Source: Ostrea edulis
Lineage: Eukaryota
Length of the DNA stretch: 64,000 nt
Assembly (NCBI RefSeq): GCF_947568905.1
Contig: NC_079166.1
Coordinates: 80,972,001-81,036,000 of the forward strand
Reading direction: 5' to 3'
Part shown: positions 27,100-39,631 of the stretch, piece after piece
Position numbering within the stretch: position 1 is the stretch's first letter
Layout: every line of letters starts with the position of its first letter
Program-made: the position numbers and the translations under genes
The notes under the pieces: generated by a model
What the model was told of the DNA's origin: nothing
Seen by the model: the letters and a program-made list of their open reading frames with translations, nothing else
The model's database searches: none

Positions 27100-27556
27100 A
27101 TGGAATTAATTAACAATAAAATATGTGATTTAATTGTTTTGTGTCTTTATTTATAGGATTAGTTGTATATCCGATTTCTGACTACCGTTTTTCCATTGTC
27201 CATGGTCGAACGATTTGATGGAGAAGCAACCTCTTTAATTTTTCTCAGATATATGAACCACAAAGTAATGCTCAAGACATATTCTATGCACGTGATGCGA
27301 GAAGAAATTTCTCTTAATTTCCACAACTATAGGTTAATGGGCTTCCATAGTAAAATGTATCATAATTATGCTGTACAAGTGCATGGAATGGAAATAATAA
27401 TGGGAAATAATGGGATGATGGTTTTTATACAACACTGTGACTTTTCTCGAGAAGCCTTAATTAACTGAGCTCAGTCGAAATTAGTAGGGCACATACTGCA
27501 GGTGTTTGACGTGAATGCTGAACTTAATATATATCTGGAGTATTACAAGTGCTTAC

Positions 27557-27854
27557 CTGTAGAACAGGAGTTCTGAGAGAGAGAGAGAGAGAGAGAGGGA
27601 TCGAGAGATCCACTCCTCATAAAAACCTTTGATTTACAGTACCACGTTTTTCTGCGCACGATTAAGATATTCTGTCATCGCTGCCATTGAACTCCTTAGT
27701 TCGAACTTAGACATCGGTTGCGTCCGGGCTGATTCTATAATTTAATTGCACTAACGGCAAGGTGGTAACACAGCCTCCATCTCACCTTCCCTAGCCAAGA
27801 CAAACACCGTGGAGCGTCACCCTTGGCTAGTGAAGATGAATCCGATTTAAGTCT
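27557..27854 (-). CDS. Candidate internal exons of an unidentified gene (69 nt + 16-nt microexon)
   Basis: tttcttcatag|27854-27786|GTGAGA encodes RLKSDSSSLAKGDAPRCLSWLGK; (ct)n-cag|27572-27557|GTAAGC encodes NSCST. Strong splice signals and compatible phase. Confidence 0.28.
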
Positions 27855-28035
27855 CTATGAAGAAAGCATTGAGAAGATTAGATTAATTACATGGTTTATG
27901 GGAAATGATAAAACAAACAATATAGTTATAACACTGTGTAATGTTATAAGCTAATTATGGTAACATATATTTTTGAGACCAACGGGTTTCAGTTGACTTA
28001 TTTCCCTATCTTATAAAACGGTATCACCTATTCTA

Positions 28036-28174
28036 GTGCAGCGGTCAGCCGGGTTCGATCGCAGGTGTCCATATCAAGTTATAGCACAGTTGGTAGAGCA
28101 CCTGACTAGAGAATTCAGGGGGCCCGGGTTCGAATCCCGGTCTGGCCTGTTGCATTTCCTCCCTTCCTGTTACA
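28036..28174 (+). mobile_element. tRNA-derived SINE-like head
   Basis: A-box tagcacagttggtagagca and B-box gggttcgaatccc; the acceptor stem does not close. Confidence 0.65.
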
Positions 28175-28725
28175 TTAGGGAGGGAGGTATCATTCCCAAC
28201 TCCAATAACTGTTCACCGGCGTCTATATACATTAGATCACGCCAGAGTTTTATGTCTCTGACCATGCAAAACCTCTTGACCCACCATTGGTTTTCAAAGA
28301 GAGGGAGGGGACTTAAGAAAACATTACTTCACAATTGCCTGACATTTCTTGACACCCCCCCCCCCCCCCCCCCCCCAAAAGCGATTGGAAGAAATATCCT
28401 ATTTTATCTTATAAAATTGCTTATCCGGAAACAATAACTTCTTTCGAGATTGACTCCACTTTTCGCATGCATTCAAGACTTCTCGTCATTACGCAACCGC
28501 GACTTTTTGAGTTTGTGGACGACACAAGATTTCCAACAAAGCCACGGTGCAGTGGGAGCTCTGCTCGGTAAATATGCTACATGCATTAGAATATGGCTTA
28601 GACTAAACACGTTACATGCATTTTGATTTCTCTTCGATATATCGTCAATAGAATTCTCTCAACTGAGCTGACCAAGCTAACTTCACAGCTCCTTGCTTGG
28701 TGTTTTGACTAATTTGAGTGAAATT

Positions 28726-29925
28726 TAATAGAGGGCGAAGCCCTCTCACGGCCCGAAGGGCCGTGAGAGCGGAGCTCTCCCTATAGGTAACACGTATATA
28801 CATGTTTAAAAGGAAAATATAGGAAAACAATGAAAAATTAAACCATACCTATGGAACTTGAAAATTTTGGTACTAATGGCGTCGATTCGAATACTATCGC
28901 GTGGACATGTATTTCTCCATTTTGAATCTCGTCTACCCTAGTTCACGTCGTTCTGAGATGTTACAAAAATTTCTTAAAAGCATGTAAATCTTATTTTTTT
29001 AATCATATATAATCACTCCACCATTAACGCCATGTTTGTTGTTGTGGTTCAGACGCTATGTTTTTTAGGAAAATAAGATTTACATGCTTAAACGGATTTT
29101 ATGTAACATCTCAGAACGACGTGAACTAGGGTAGACGAGATTCAAAATGGAGGAATACATGTCCACGCGCTAATATTCGAATCGACGCCATTGGTACCAA
29201 ACTTTTCAAGTTCCATAGGTATGATTTAATTTTTCTATATTTTCCTTTTAAACATGTATATACGTGTTACCTATAGGGAGATCTCCACTCTCACGGCCCT
29301 TCGGGCCGTGAGAGGGCTTCGCCCTCTAATATGCTTTATGGCGTGACCGTGTTTGAGGGCGAAGCAAAAAGTATTAGCATTAGTTTGTAGATCCATAACA
29401 GGACAAAAAATATCCCGAAGGTAGCACTTAACGTTTTAGGACAGAGGTCAATCAAAGTATTCTAACTTTAGACATTTCAAGTTGATCCGCCTACTCATTG
29501 AACGCGGGAAACTATATGCAACTGATGTAAACAGTGCATTGTGACGTCATATTCAGCATCGGTGTTTAGCAAATTCATAAACATAGGATGAGACAAGTTA
29601 CAAATTTTGCGTTACTCGAGACCAGGAGTGATTTTAGGGCCTATATGATTAAGAAAATAAAATTTACATGCTTCTACGGATTTTATGCAACATCTCACAA
29701 TGACGTGAATTTGTGTATACGAGATTCAAAATGGAGAAATACATGTCCACGCGATAGTATTCGAATCGACGCCATTGGGACCAAACTTTTCAAGTTCCAT
29801 AGGTATGGTTTAATTTTTCATTATTTTCCTATATTTTCCTTTTAAACGTGTATATACGTGTTACCTATAGGGAGAGCTCCGCTCTCACGGCCCTTCGGGC
29901 CATGAGAGGGCTTCACCCTCTATTA
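28726..29925. mobile_element. Three-armed foldback/MITE with terminal GAA-loop hairpins
   Basis: A ~270-bp arm at 28726-29000 is inverted relative to two copies ending at 29328 and 29925. The termini carry agagggc-GAA-gccctct and ctctcacggccc-GAA-gggccgtgagag. Confidence 0.85.
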
Positions 29926-31515
29926 ACTGTTAATGATAATTTTAGCTCTGATAGATTACTTTAGCTGTGAGGTGAAATATAAGCACAATCTTTATATTTA
30001 GATACATACATGTGGCTGGTTAAGCTATCATGAGAATAGGAAATGTCAACATTCAGAAATAACACAAGCCTGTTAACCAGATAGCCTTTTCTGATGTCAA
30101 ACAATTTAACAAAATTTTATTCACACATTGTCTTAAATTTGCAGTTTCTTCTACTACACTAAAATTGTTGCATTTTGAAAAATAAGCTTTGTATCTTTAA
30201 ATGCCTAAAGATCATTTCAGTGGAACAGGTGAATTTCACTATAATTGGTTACAATATGATCAATATTCAATTCTTTGTACCCTAAGAAAAGTTACTTCTT
30301 CAGTACAAATGAAGATAACTTGCTGGTGCTAAGCCACACAAAAATTTCACATTCCACCATTTGCAGTGACAAATTTATAAATTTGTGAAGGGGGGAGGCA
30401 TGTAGTGAAAGGCCTTCCATTGATCCGAGACAAACAAATAATTGTATGGATTAATAAATGTAAAACATAGCCTGTCTGTTAAACCTGTGGTAAACACGTA
30501 AAAATCATGTTAGGCTTATGACAAGATATAAATAATGGTTGTACATGTATACATTTTTTATAAACTTATGGTGATCGCAATGATTCACGTAACAGTTTAA
30601 AAATCTTTGAAAAGTTGTACAATATTTAATGTCTACTGCAATTATTTTAAAGTTCAGAGTAATGCAAATTTGTCCCAATATATCAAAAAATTCTTGAGGG
30701 TGACACCCCAGCGGGAACACCCTACCTCCCCCCCCCCCCCCCCCAGGCACTTCACAAATTGGTCAAACCTACATCTTTCGGGCCTGCACATTGAAATAGT
30801 CTTAGGTACGCCCCGGACCTTTGTGAATGTCTGCGTCGTTAGCAGTGAAAGCTTTGATTGAATGAAAAAATACACAATGGATTTCATTTGTATTTCTTTT
30901 GTAATAAATTTATATTCATTCAATAGCACATTTTTGAGTTACAGCAGGAACATGTGTATATATATTCTAGATTTTATAAGTATTGTGATTTTATGGTCTG
31001 CCCCAATATTTTCCCAGAGAGCTACAGGTCTCCAGCTAATTTAAATTATGATGTGTGCTATCTTTACAGTAAATCACTAGCTTGATGATCCTAACAACCA
31101 GATCTTTTATCTATAGAATTATATTGTGGGTCTGTGAACATTTCTTATGGGTTAATGCTTCAAAATGTTTGTTGCAGGGACTGTGTATGAACATACAATG
31201 TACATTTTGTTTATTGCACAGTGCTTCACTGTTTTTCACTTGGTATGCATACACATCTGACTTTAAGACCATGAACTGAGAATAGTCTTAAGTCTAGATT
31301 TCAAATCCAGCTAACTTTTGAAACAATTTTCATAAATAAATGACATTTTCAGTATGTGATTGCATTTGAATTTTTTTTTATTAACCTACAGTTTTTTTTA
31401 AACATATGTGCTAGATAAATCTTTAGATATAAGTAATCAAAATTTTGAGTTAAGGTTGTTCTCAGTTTATGGTCTTGGGGCCCGGATCATATTGTGATTC
31501 TAGAATGGTGTCTAC

Positions 31516-32250
31516 AAGTTGTCACCGCCAATCAGTTTACCACAGGTAAACCGAGAAATAAAGTACTCACAAACAAAAGTTGTCACCGCCAATCAGTTTA
31601 CCACAGGTAAACCGTGAAATAAAGTATTCACAAACAAAAGTTGTCACCACCAATCAGTTTACCACAGGTAAACCGTGAAATAAAGTACTCACAAACAAAA
31701 GTTGTCACCACCAATCAGTTTACCACAGGTAAACCGTGAAATAAAGTACTCACAAACAAAAGTTGTCACCGCCAATCAGTTTACCACAGGTAAACCATGA
31801 AATAAAGTATTCACAAACAAAAGTTGTCACCGCCAATCAGTTTACCACAGGTAAACCGTGAAATAAAGTATTCACAAACAAAAGTTGTCACCACCAATCA
31901 GTTTACCACAGGTAAACCGTGAAATAAAGTACTCACAAACAAAAGTTGTCACCGCCAATCAGTTTACCACAGGTAAACCGTGAAATAAAGTACTCACAAA
32001 CAAAAGTTGTCACCGCCAATCAGTTTACCACAGGTAAACCATGAAATAAAGTATTCACAAACAAAAGTTGTCACCACCAATCAGTTTACGACAGGTAAAC
32101 CGAGAAATAAAGTACTTACAAACAAAAGTTATCACCGCCAATCAGTTTATCACAGGTAAACCGTGAAATAAAGTACTCACAGACAAAAGTTGTCACCGCC
32201 AATCAGTTTACGACAGATAAACCGGGAAATAAAGTACTCACAAACAAAAG
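31516..32250. repeat. 61-bp tandem array, ~12 copies
   Basis: Unit aagttgtcaccgccaatcagtttaccacaggtaaaccgtgaaataaagtactcacaaacaa; ends ~30 bp before the acceptor at 32281. Confidence 0.95.
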
Positions 32251-32290
32251 CTGGTTAACCGTATATTGCTTACTTTCACAGTGAAAAAAA

Positions 32291-35200
32291 ATGCCAAAAC
32301 GGAAGTCCTCTGCAGATGATAGGAAATCCAAAAAACCAGTCGCCAAGAAGGCGAAAGCGATGCCACCTGATGAGGAGGATGTTCCCAGTGGAAAGCAGAG
32401 AAAGAACTACCCTAAACTGGTGGACCCGGCTACAAACAAAGAAACGGTAAAACACGAGCTCTAGTAACATAATGCTCAAAAGAATTTTATACACTTTATC
32501 TAAAGGTGACATTGAATATTGCATATGATTTAGATTAATTTTTCGTACTAGATTGCATTTCACTGTAACATTTTCACAAAGAAATCAAGGGCAATTTAAA
32601 ATTCCAGCTCACAGATCTATGCCATATAAGAAATGATACAAAATGATCACAAAGTAATTTGCATTTTTTCCAAAAGATAGATATATTTCAATAAATATTT
32701 TTTCCTCAAATCCTGTGGATGGAAAAGAATAATATGATGTACATGTAAATTGTATGTATAGTAAAATACACATATCATGAATTCATGTTTATTGCAAAGT
32801 GGTATTCATTCTCCTATGAGAGGAAAATAACAAAAATTTTATTAGACATAACAAGGTTTTGTTATGACAAAGTGTTTTTCCCTGACCCAGGAGGTTCACT
32901 ATAACCGTGTTTTACTGTAAATGTTGTTGATAGAGAGGAGGTGTATAGTAAGTGTTGTTGATAGTGAGGGGGTGTATAGTAAATGTTGTTAATAGAGAGG
33001 ATTTCTATAATAGTAAATATTGATAGTGAGAAGGTGACGTGTATAGTAAATGTTGTTGATAGTGAGAAGGTGTATAGTAAATGTTGATAGTGAGGAGGTG
33101 TATAGTAAATGTTGTTGATAGTGAGGAGGTGTATAGTAAATGTTGTTGATAGTGAGGTGTATAGTAAATGTTGTTGATAGAGAGGAGGTGTATAGTAAAT
33201 GTTGTTGATAGTGAGGAGGTGTATAGCAAATGTTGTTGATAGTGAGGAGGTGTATAGTAAATGTTGTTGATAGTGAGGAGGTGTATTGTAAATGTTGTTG
33301 ATAGTGAGGAGGTGTATAGTAAGTGTTGTTGATAGTGAGGAGGTGTATAGGAAATGTTGTTGATAGTGAGGAGGTGTATTGTAAATGTTGTTGATAGTGA
33401 GGAGGTGTATTGTAAATGTTGTTGATAGTGAGGAGGTGTATAGTAAATGTTGTTGATAGGAAGGAGATGTATAGTAAGTGTTGTTGATAAGGAGGAGATT
33501 TACTTGATCTTGCTTTGTGTCTTTCTAGTGTCTGCCTCCCTACATTCAAGTACAAAATAATTATCATTTACAAGTAAACTTAGATAGGATGTAAATACAT
33601 GTTATTTCTTAGTTAGCTTTACTTAAAAGTCTGAACATCATTTTGATTTGATGTGAATGTCACTTACACAGTACAAGTGTCCTCCCATTATGGCAGCTCC
33701 AGTTTACATGTGTGATGTAATTGTGATGATGTCACAATCAAACACTATGTGTATTAGTGTTGGTCATTTTACTGACTCGGAACTCAGGACATACCCCTGA
33801 CAAAATGCTAATTAAATTTTAATCAAAGTTGTATTTATTATTAGATATTTTTTCACTAACATATCAGATAAGATGACAGAAATGCATAGAAACATTTGAA
33901 TACATGTTTGAATTCCATTTAACAGACTGGAGAAATTAAATACACAGCAAAAGAGGCTTCTAGAAACAAAAAAGGAGAATTAATGTTTCCCGATTTCCCA
34001 GAATTCCATCCAAACATGACCCCTAAAGAAGTTCTCCAGGCAGGCAGTTTTGGTGGAACATACTTTCGTCCAATCAAATCATCTGCTACAGGTAGTAATG
34101 GTGAACCAATGATGAATTTAGATGAAAAATCAGTGGATTGTTGGCTCAGATTGGATTTGGAAAAATGTATTTCAGATTAGCAGATGTTTACTTTCATTTT
34201 TAAGCATTGATTGTTGAAGCCAAGACTTAACCAATGATAGAAAAGTTTATCTACACATACGCAGGCTGTATAAATGATAGTATTTCATAGTAAAGTAAAA
34301 TAATTTTACATGAAAGGTACTTTAAAATTCTTTTAAGTCTGAATTCCACTTCATTTATGTTTGGACCACCATATTTGTTTGAGGGAAAGATGGTTAAAAC
34401 ATGTTTCAAAAATTGGTACATATTGACAATATTCATAGGGTGTAAGCCCATTTAAGACATTTATATTTAGGGTTTGCAAGTGAAAATTACAGGGGTTAAA
34501 TCCCACATGTAATTCGGGTTCAGTATAACTATTCTTTTAGGTTGCTATTGTTACATTGACCTGCCAATCAAAATGTGCTTAGACTTCATGGAATTTAAGT
34601 AATTCTTAATTCTATTGGTATGCTTATATAGATAAAGAAATGTATTTCTTTGTTCTTCAGGCAAACAGTACAAAGATGAAGCCTTTAAGGAACTCCCCAA
34701 AGACTGGACAGAGGGACTGAATATTAAAAAACAGGTTCTTTATCCTTCCTATCAATTTCTCAAAATTTGCACTTGTATGAAAGTACAACCTAATAAAGGT
34801 TCCCAGAGAAAATTTACAGCAGTATATAGCAAATCACATTTCTGCACTTCACCCAGAATGTCTGATGTGACAGTGACATGAAACAGTTCACTGCAGCTGT
34901 CAAGTATCTCACTGTACAAATCACACGGGGAAATGTTGATATTTCTCTGTACATATCAGGCAGGGAAATGTTGATATTTCTCTGCACATATCAGGCGGGG
35001 AAATGTTGATATTTCACTGTACTGTACATATCATGGGGGAAATGTTGATATTTCTCTGTACATATCACAGGGGAATTAATGATGCTTCTCTGCACGTATC
35101 CCTGGGAAAATGTGAATATTTCACTGTACATATAACAAGAAAAGTTGATTTGATATTTCTCTTTAGATATGATGAGGGAAATGTTGATATCTCACTGTAC

Positions 35201-37658
35201 ATATCACATGGGGGAAATGTTGATATCTCACTGTAAATATCATGGGGAAATGTTGATATCTCACTGTAAATATCATGGGGAAATGTTGATATCTCACTGT
35301 ACATATCATGCGGGGGAAATGTTTACATTTCACTGAACATATCACAGGGGAAATGTTGATATTTCACCATACAGGGGAAATGTTTACATTTCACTGTACA
35401 TATTTTAGGGGATAATCAAGGAACTGTCTAACATTTTCAATGAGATATCGTAATATTTTTGCCTTTGCTATCTATACACATTGTGATGAGAGCCATTTCC
35501 TTATGGATGTGATATTGTAATATTTTTGCCTTTGCTATCTATACACATTGTGATGAGAGCCATTTCCTTATGGATGTGACGTAGTTGTAAACAATTGGTG
35601 TATGAATCTCGATAATTTCAACAGCTTGGAATTCTGACAGGAATGTACAGTCCACTCCAGTTACATTGAAGTCGGTCATATTGAAATATCTGTTACATTG
35701 AAATATCTGTTATATTGAAATATCTGTTACATTGAAATATCTGTTATATTGAAATATCTGTTATATTGAAATATCTGTTACATTGAAGTTAAAATAAATC
35801 CCCAGTAGCAATATTTGTGTAGTTCAGCATTGGTTATTGGTTATATTGAACTTTGGATATAATGAACAATTCAGGTCAGTCCCCTGGATTTCATTATATC
35901 CAGAGTAGACTGTAAATTGTAAATATAAGAAATAGATTTCTGTTTTGATGATACATGAGGGTGTGATGTGCTTTATTAAGTATACCAGTGTGAAGTGTTG
36001 CAGTTCATACCCTCATGTATTTTCAAAAATGAAATTTATTGTTGAAATATTTACATTTCCAATGTTTTTGTGTTTAATATCTTTACAAATTGTAATGATA
36101 GCATTTCCACATGAAGGTGCTGCCATTGTTGTGCATTTAAATCCTGATGAATATTGTACGTCTATTTCAGTGGTTGGGAATTCTGATAGAAATGAAAGTA
36201 GAATGTAAATATAAGAAATAAATTTCACTTTTGAAAATATACATGTATGGGGTCACGAATATCTGCGCTTCATGCCAGCATACTTTTCATGATGTACTAA
36301 CGCGCTTCATGAAGTATGCCAGCATGAAGTGTCGCAGTTCATACCCTTGTGTGTTTTCAAAAATGAAATTTGTTTCTGAAGTATTATCAACATTTTTCTA
36401 AAAATAACATACATGCATATCAGAGAGTACAATTTTTATCAAATACAAGTAAGCTTTGATTTCAAAAATAATTTGGGGGGGGGGGGGCAAATTAAGTGAA
36501 AACCATGAAAATGTGATATACATTTAAATTTGATGTTTTACCTATAAGGAAGTTACAAACAAAGTACTCTCTGTGATTCTACAGGTAACATCCTCGACGT
36601 ACAACGAGTCAGTGAATACATACAAGGTGAAATGTGGGGGGAGTCTGGAAATGTGGGAGGAGAGCGGGTGGATCCACAAACAGGACCCCTTCGGCTGGTT
36701 CCAGTGGTACTGCAGGTAAACACATAGGTGGATCGAAGATTTTTCTTGTGAAATGAGAGTTGCATGTATAAGGGAAAAGGGGGATGTTGATGTATCAATC
36801 AACAGGAACTTTGTGGTTGTTTCCAGAGTACTGCAGGTAGAGACATAGAAAGATTTCATAACAACATGGGAGTCGTGTGCATGGAGATTTGGGAGGGAGG
36901 GTATAAACAGAGGGGTTGTTAGGAAATCCAAATAAAGGATATTTGATGCTGGCTCCAGTGGTGATGCAGGGAAATGCACACAGAATGTATTATCTGATAC
37001 TAGGTGTGGTGTGACTGTTCGGTGATTATTATATTATAGATCATTTTGACCACAATGGAAACAAGTTTTGCAGGTATGCAAATTAAAATGTAGGTGGATC
37101 TCAGATACATGTATTATGACAATGTGAGGGGTGAATGGTGGCAGAAATGTAAGAGTGAATTTATTTGTATAGATCCATAAAATGTATGAGCTAATGATTC
37201 CATGCAGAACAGGTCCGCGATATATGCATAGATCTGACACTCAGATCTTTCAAAAGTGTGTTATCATATAAATTATGAATTTCCTATGTCTGTTTTGAAC
37301 TCTTTTGGAAATAGGTCTATTATTTATCCCCATCAAAATTTGGATTGAATAATTAAAAGCTGACATTTAAACACCACCTCTACCTGTGATACAGTACAAT
37401 CTACAACCAAACCATTGCAGGTTCTATGGAGGTCGTAGGACCCCAGATGATGAGAGACAAGTAGGGCGATGGTTGAGATGTGCAGGGCCCACTGGAAGGT
37501 GGAAAAATAACCTCATCACCAAGTGTTTCCGGAATGGGGCCCGCTACAATGACCGTAACATCTCCCCAGTGGTCAGGCAGACCCTACAGCACTGGGGGTA
37601 TCGACTGACAGAGGAGGATTATCTAGCCAAGGAGAAACAGCTGAAGAGGAAGACCTAG
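32291..37658 (+). CDS. Conserved uncharacterised protein, 254 aa, 5 coding exons (FGG.Y.R / DP.GWFQWYCR family)
   Basis: Exons 32291-32446, 33926-34091, 34661-34734, 36585-36715, 37421-37658; phases 0/1/0/2 are consistent and it ends in TAG. The protein reads MPKRKSS...FPEFHPNMTPKEVLQAGSFGGTYFRPI...KCGGSLEMWEESGWIHKQDPFGWFQWYCRFYGGRRTPDDERQVGRW...RQTLQHWG. An acceptor at 32281 implies an upstream UTR exon. Confidence 0.9.
32915..33495. repeat. 31-bp minisatellite (gatagtgaggaggtgtatagtaaatgttgtt), intronic
   Basis: Tandem copies in intron 1 of the 254-aa gene. Confidence 0.93.
34910..35400. repeat. ~33-bp minisatellite (ggggaaatgttgatatctcactgtacatatcat), intronic
   Basis: Degenerate tandem copies. 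Confidence 0.88.
35450..35579. repeat. 67-bp tandem duplication
   Basis: Two near-identical copies at 35450 and 35517. Confidence 0.9.
35646..35914. mobile_element. Tc1/mariner-type MITE with TA TSD and an internal 17-bp tandem repeat
   Basis: ta|cagtccactcc ... agagtagactg|ta; internal (attgaaatatctgttac)n. Confidence 0.7.
35935..36375. mobile_element. MITE family with ttcatgaag/agttcatac motifs (relatives at 15375-15700 and 55980-56530)
   Basis: Shares aatatttacatttccaa..atatctttacaaattgtaatg and catacttttcatga..gcttcatgaagtatg with 15375-15700, and gaagtgtcgcagttcatac..tattttcaaaaa with 56 kb. Confidence 0.65.
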
Positions 37659-38113
37659 AAATCAGGGGTAGAAGTGCTCAGTTAGAGAGATCTGAAGAGA
37701 AAAAAAGTGTGAGCTTAGTAATCTCGGGTAGAAGTGGTCAATTAGAGCAATCAGAAGAGAAGGATAGTGTGAGCTTAGCAATATGGAGTAGAACTAGGGG
37801 GATGGTCATGGCAAACAGTCTTTTTGTTATAAACTGTAAAATTGGATTTATTTGGAATATGAATAGAAGCCAGCCGAGTACAGAATATTCTAGTAAGCAT
37901 GAACTTGGGATGGGGACATTGATTGTGGGATAAGATTATGTGAATGCTTGCAAGAAACACACTAGACTGTTCACAGTGCAATGTACACACAAATCAAGTT
38001 TTTACTTACCACTGTAAAAATACTCGCACACGTTTTATTTATAAAATTTTTACCAGTTACTTTTACAATGTATTGTGTTTGGTGGAAAGAAGAAGTACAA
38101 TTGTACTGTGATG

Positions 38114-38970
38114 ATTGTTTACAGTAATTCTGGAGTTGTTTACAGTAATTCTGTTGTGTACAGTAATTCTGATGTTGTGTACAGTAATTCTTGGTTTGTG
38201 TACAGTAGTTCTTGGCTTGTTTACAGTAATTATGGTCTTGTTACAGTAGTTCTAAAGACAACCCCAAAACTATTGTAAACCAGCATAGAACCACTGTAAT
38301 CAACCACAGAATGACTGTAAACAACCACAGAATGACTGTAAACAACCGCAGAATGACTAAACAACCACAGAATGACTGTAAACAACTACAGAATGACTGT
38401 AAACAACTACAGAATGACTGTAAACAACCGCAGAATGACTAAACAACCACAGAATGACTGTAAACAACCGCAGAATGACTGTAAACAACTACAGAATGAC
38501 TGTAAACAACTACAGAATGACTGTAAACAACTACAGAATGACTAAACAACCACAGAATGACTGTAAACAACTACAGAATGACTGTAAACAACCACAGAAT
38601 GACTGTAAACAACTACAGAATGACTGTAAACAACCAGAGAATGACTGTAAACAACTACAGAATGACTGTAAACAACTACAGAATGACTGTAAACAACTGC
38701 AGAATGACTGTAAACAACCGCAGAATGACTGTAAACAACTACAGAATGACTGTAAACAACCGCAGAATGACTGTAAACAACCGCAGAATGACTAAACAAC
38801 CACAGAATGACTGTAAACAACTACAGAATGACTGTAAACAACTACAGAATTACTGTAAACAACTACAGAATGACTGTAAACAACCGCAGAATGACTGATC
38901 AACCGCAGAATGACTGTAAACAACCGCAGAATGACTGTAAACAACCGCAGAATGACTAATCAACCACAGA
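38114..38970. repeat. 21-bp minisatellite (cagaatgactgtaaacaacta) in two opposite orientations
   Basis: Reverse-oriented copies at 38114-38254, forward copies at ~38270-38970. Confidence 0.92.
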
Positions 38971-39631
38971 ATGTAATAAGGACTGTAGACATAATGTGGA
39001 CAAGGACATAATCTGTTGTACACATTTGTAAACTGTAGATGAACTTCATTAACCTTGCATCAGTTTTAAAACAAACACTTTATTTTATAAGAGAATCGAT
39101 TAAGAGTTCCGTACACTGTCTTTGTCTAAATCAAAAATACAACAAAATTATGGTGTAACAAAAATTGTTTGTATGCAAATGTAAAAATGTCACATATAGC
39201 TTTAAATTGTTGAGCCTTGACACTTACACAAATGTTTATCAGCTTTAATTGTGAAACATTTGTAGAAGTTTTCATATAAATGTAACGTCCTGCATGCCAA
39301 TGTTTAATCAAACCAACTCATCTAGGTCACTCTGTCATGTAATTTACAGACAACACACTCAGGTTTCAATATGTTTGTACTTTGTTATGCTTACAAGACT
39401 AAGAATTTTAAAATGTCAGAATTTATGTACACACATGTACATATGATACAATTATTAGACGTTATGTATGTCTCTATACATATAACGGTATTTACCATGT
39501 CAACAGGAGATCTCCAATGATTTATAAAAACAAAAAAAAACCTGCATTTTTCACAAAAATGAAAATGTTTGTTGATGAATGTATTTTGAGTCAGTATTTC
39601 TATTGTAAGATAAAAATTTGAATTATTACAT

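Noticed and set aside
27163-27468. 101-aa plus-strand ORF
   Set aside because: It lies past the polyA signal of microprotein copy B, has no recognisable motif, and uses a non-ATG start.
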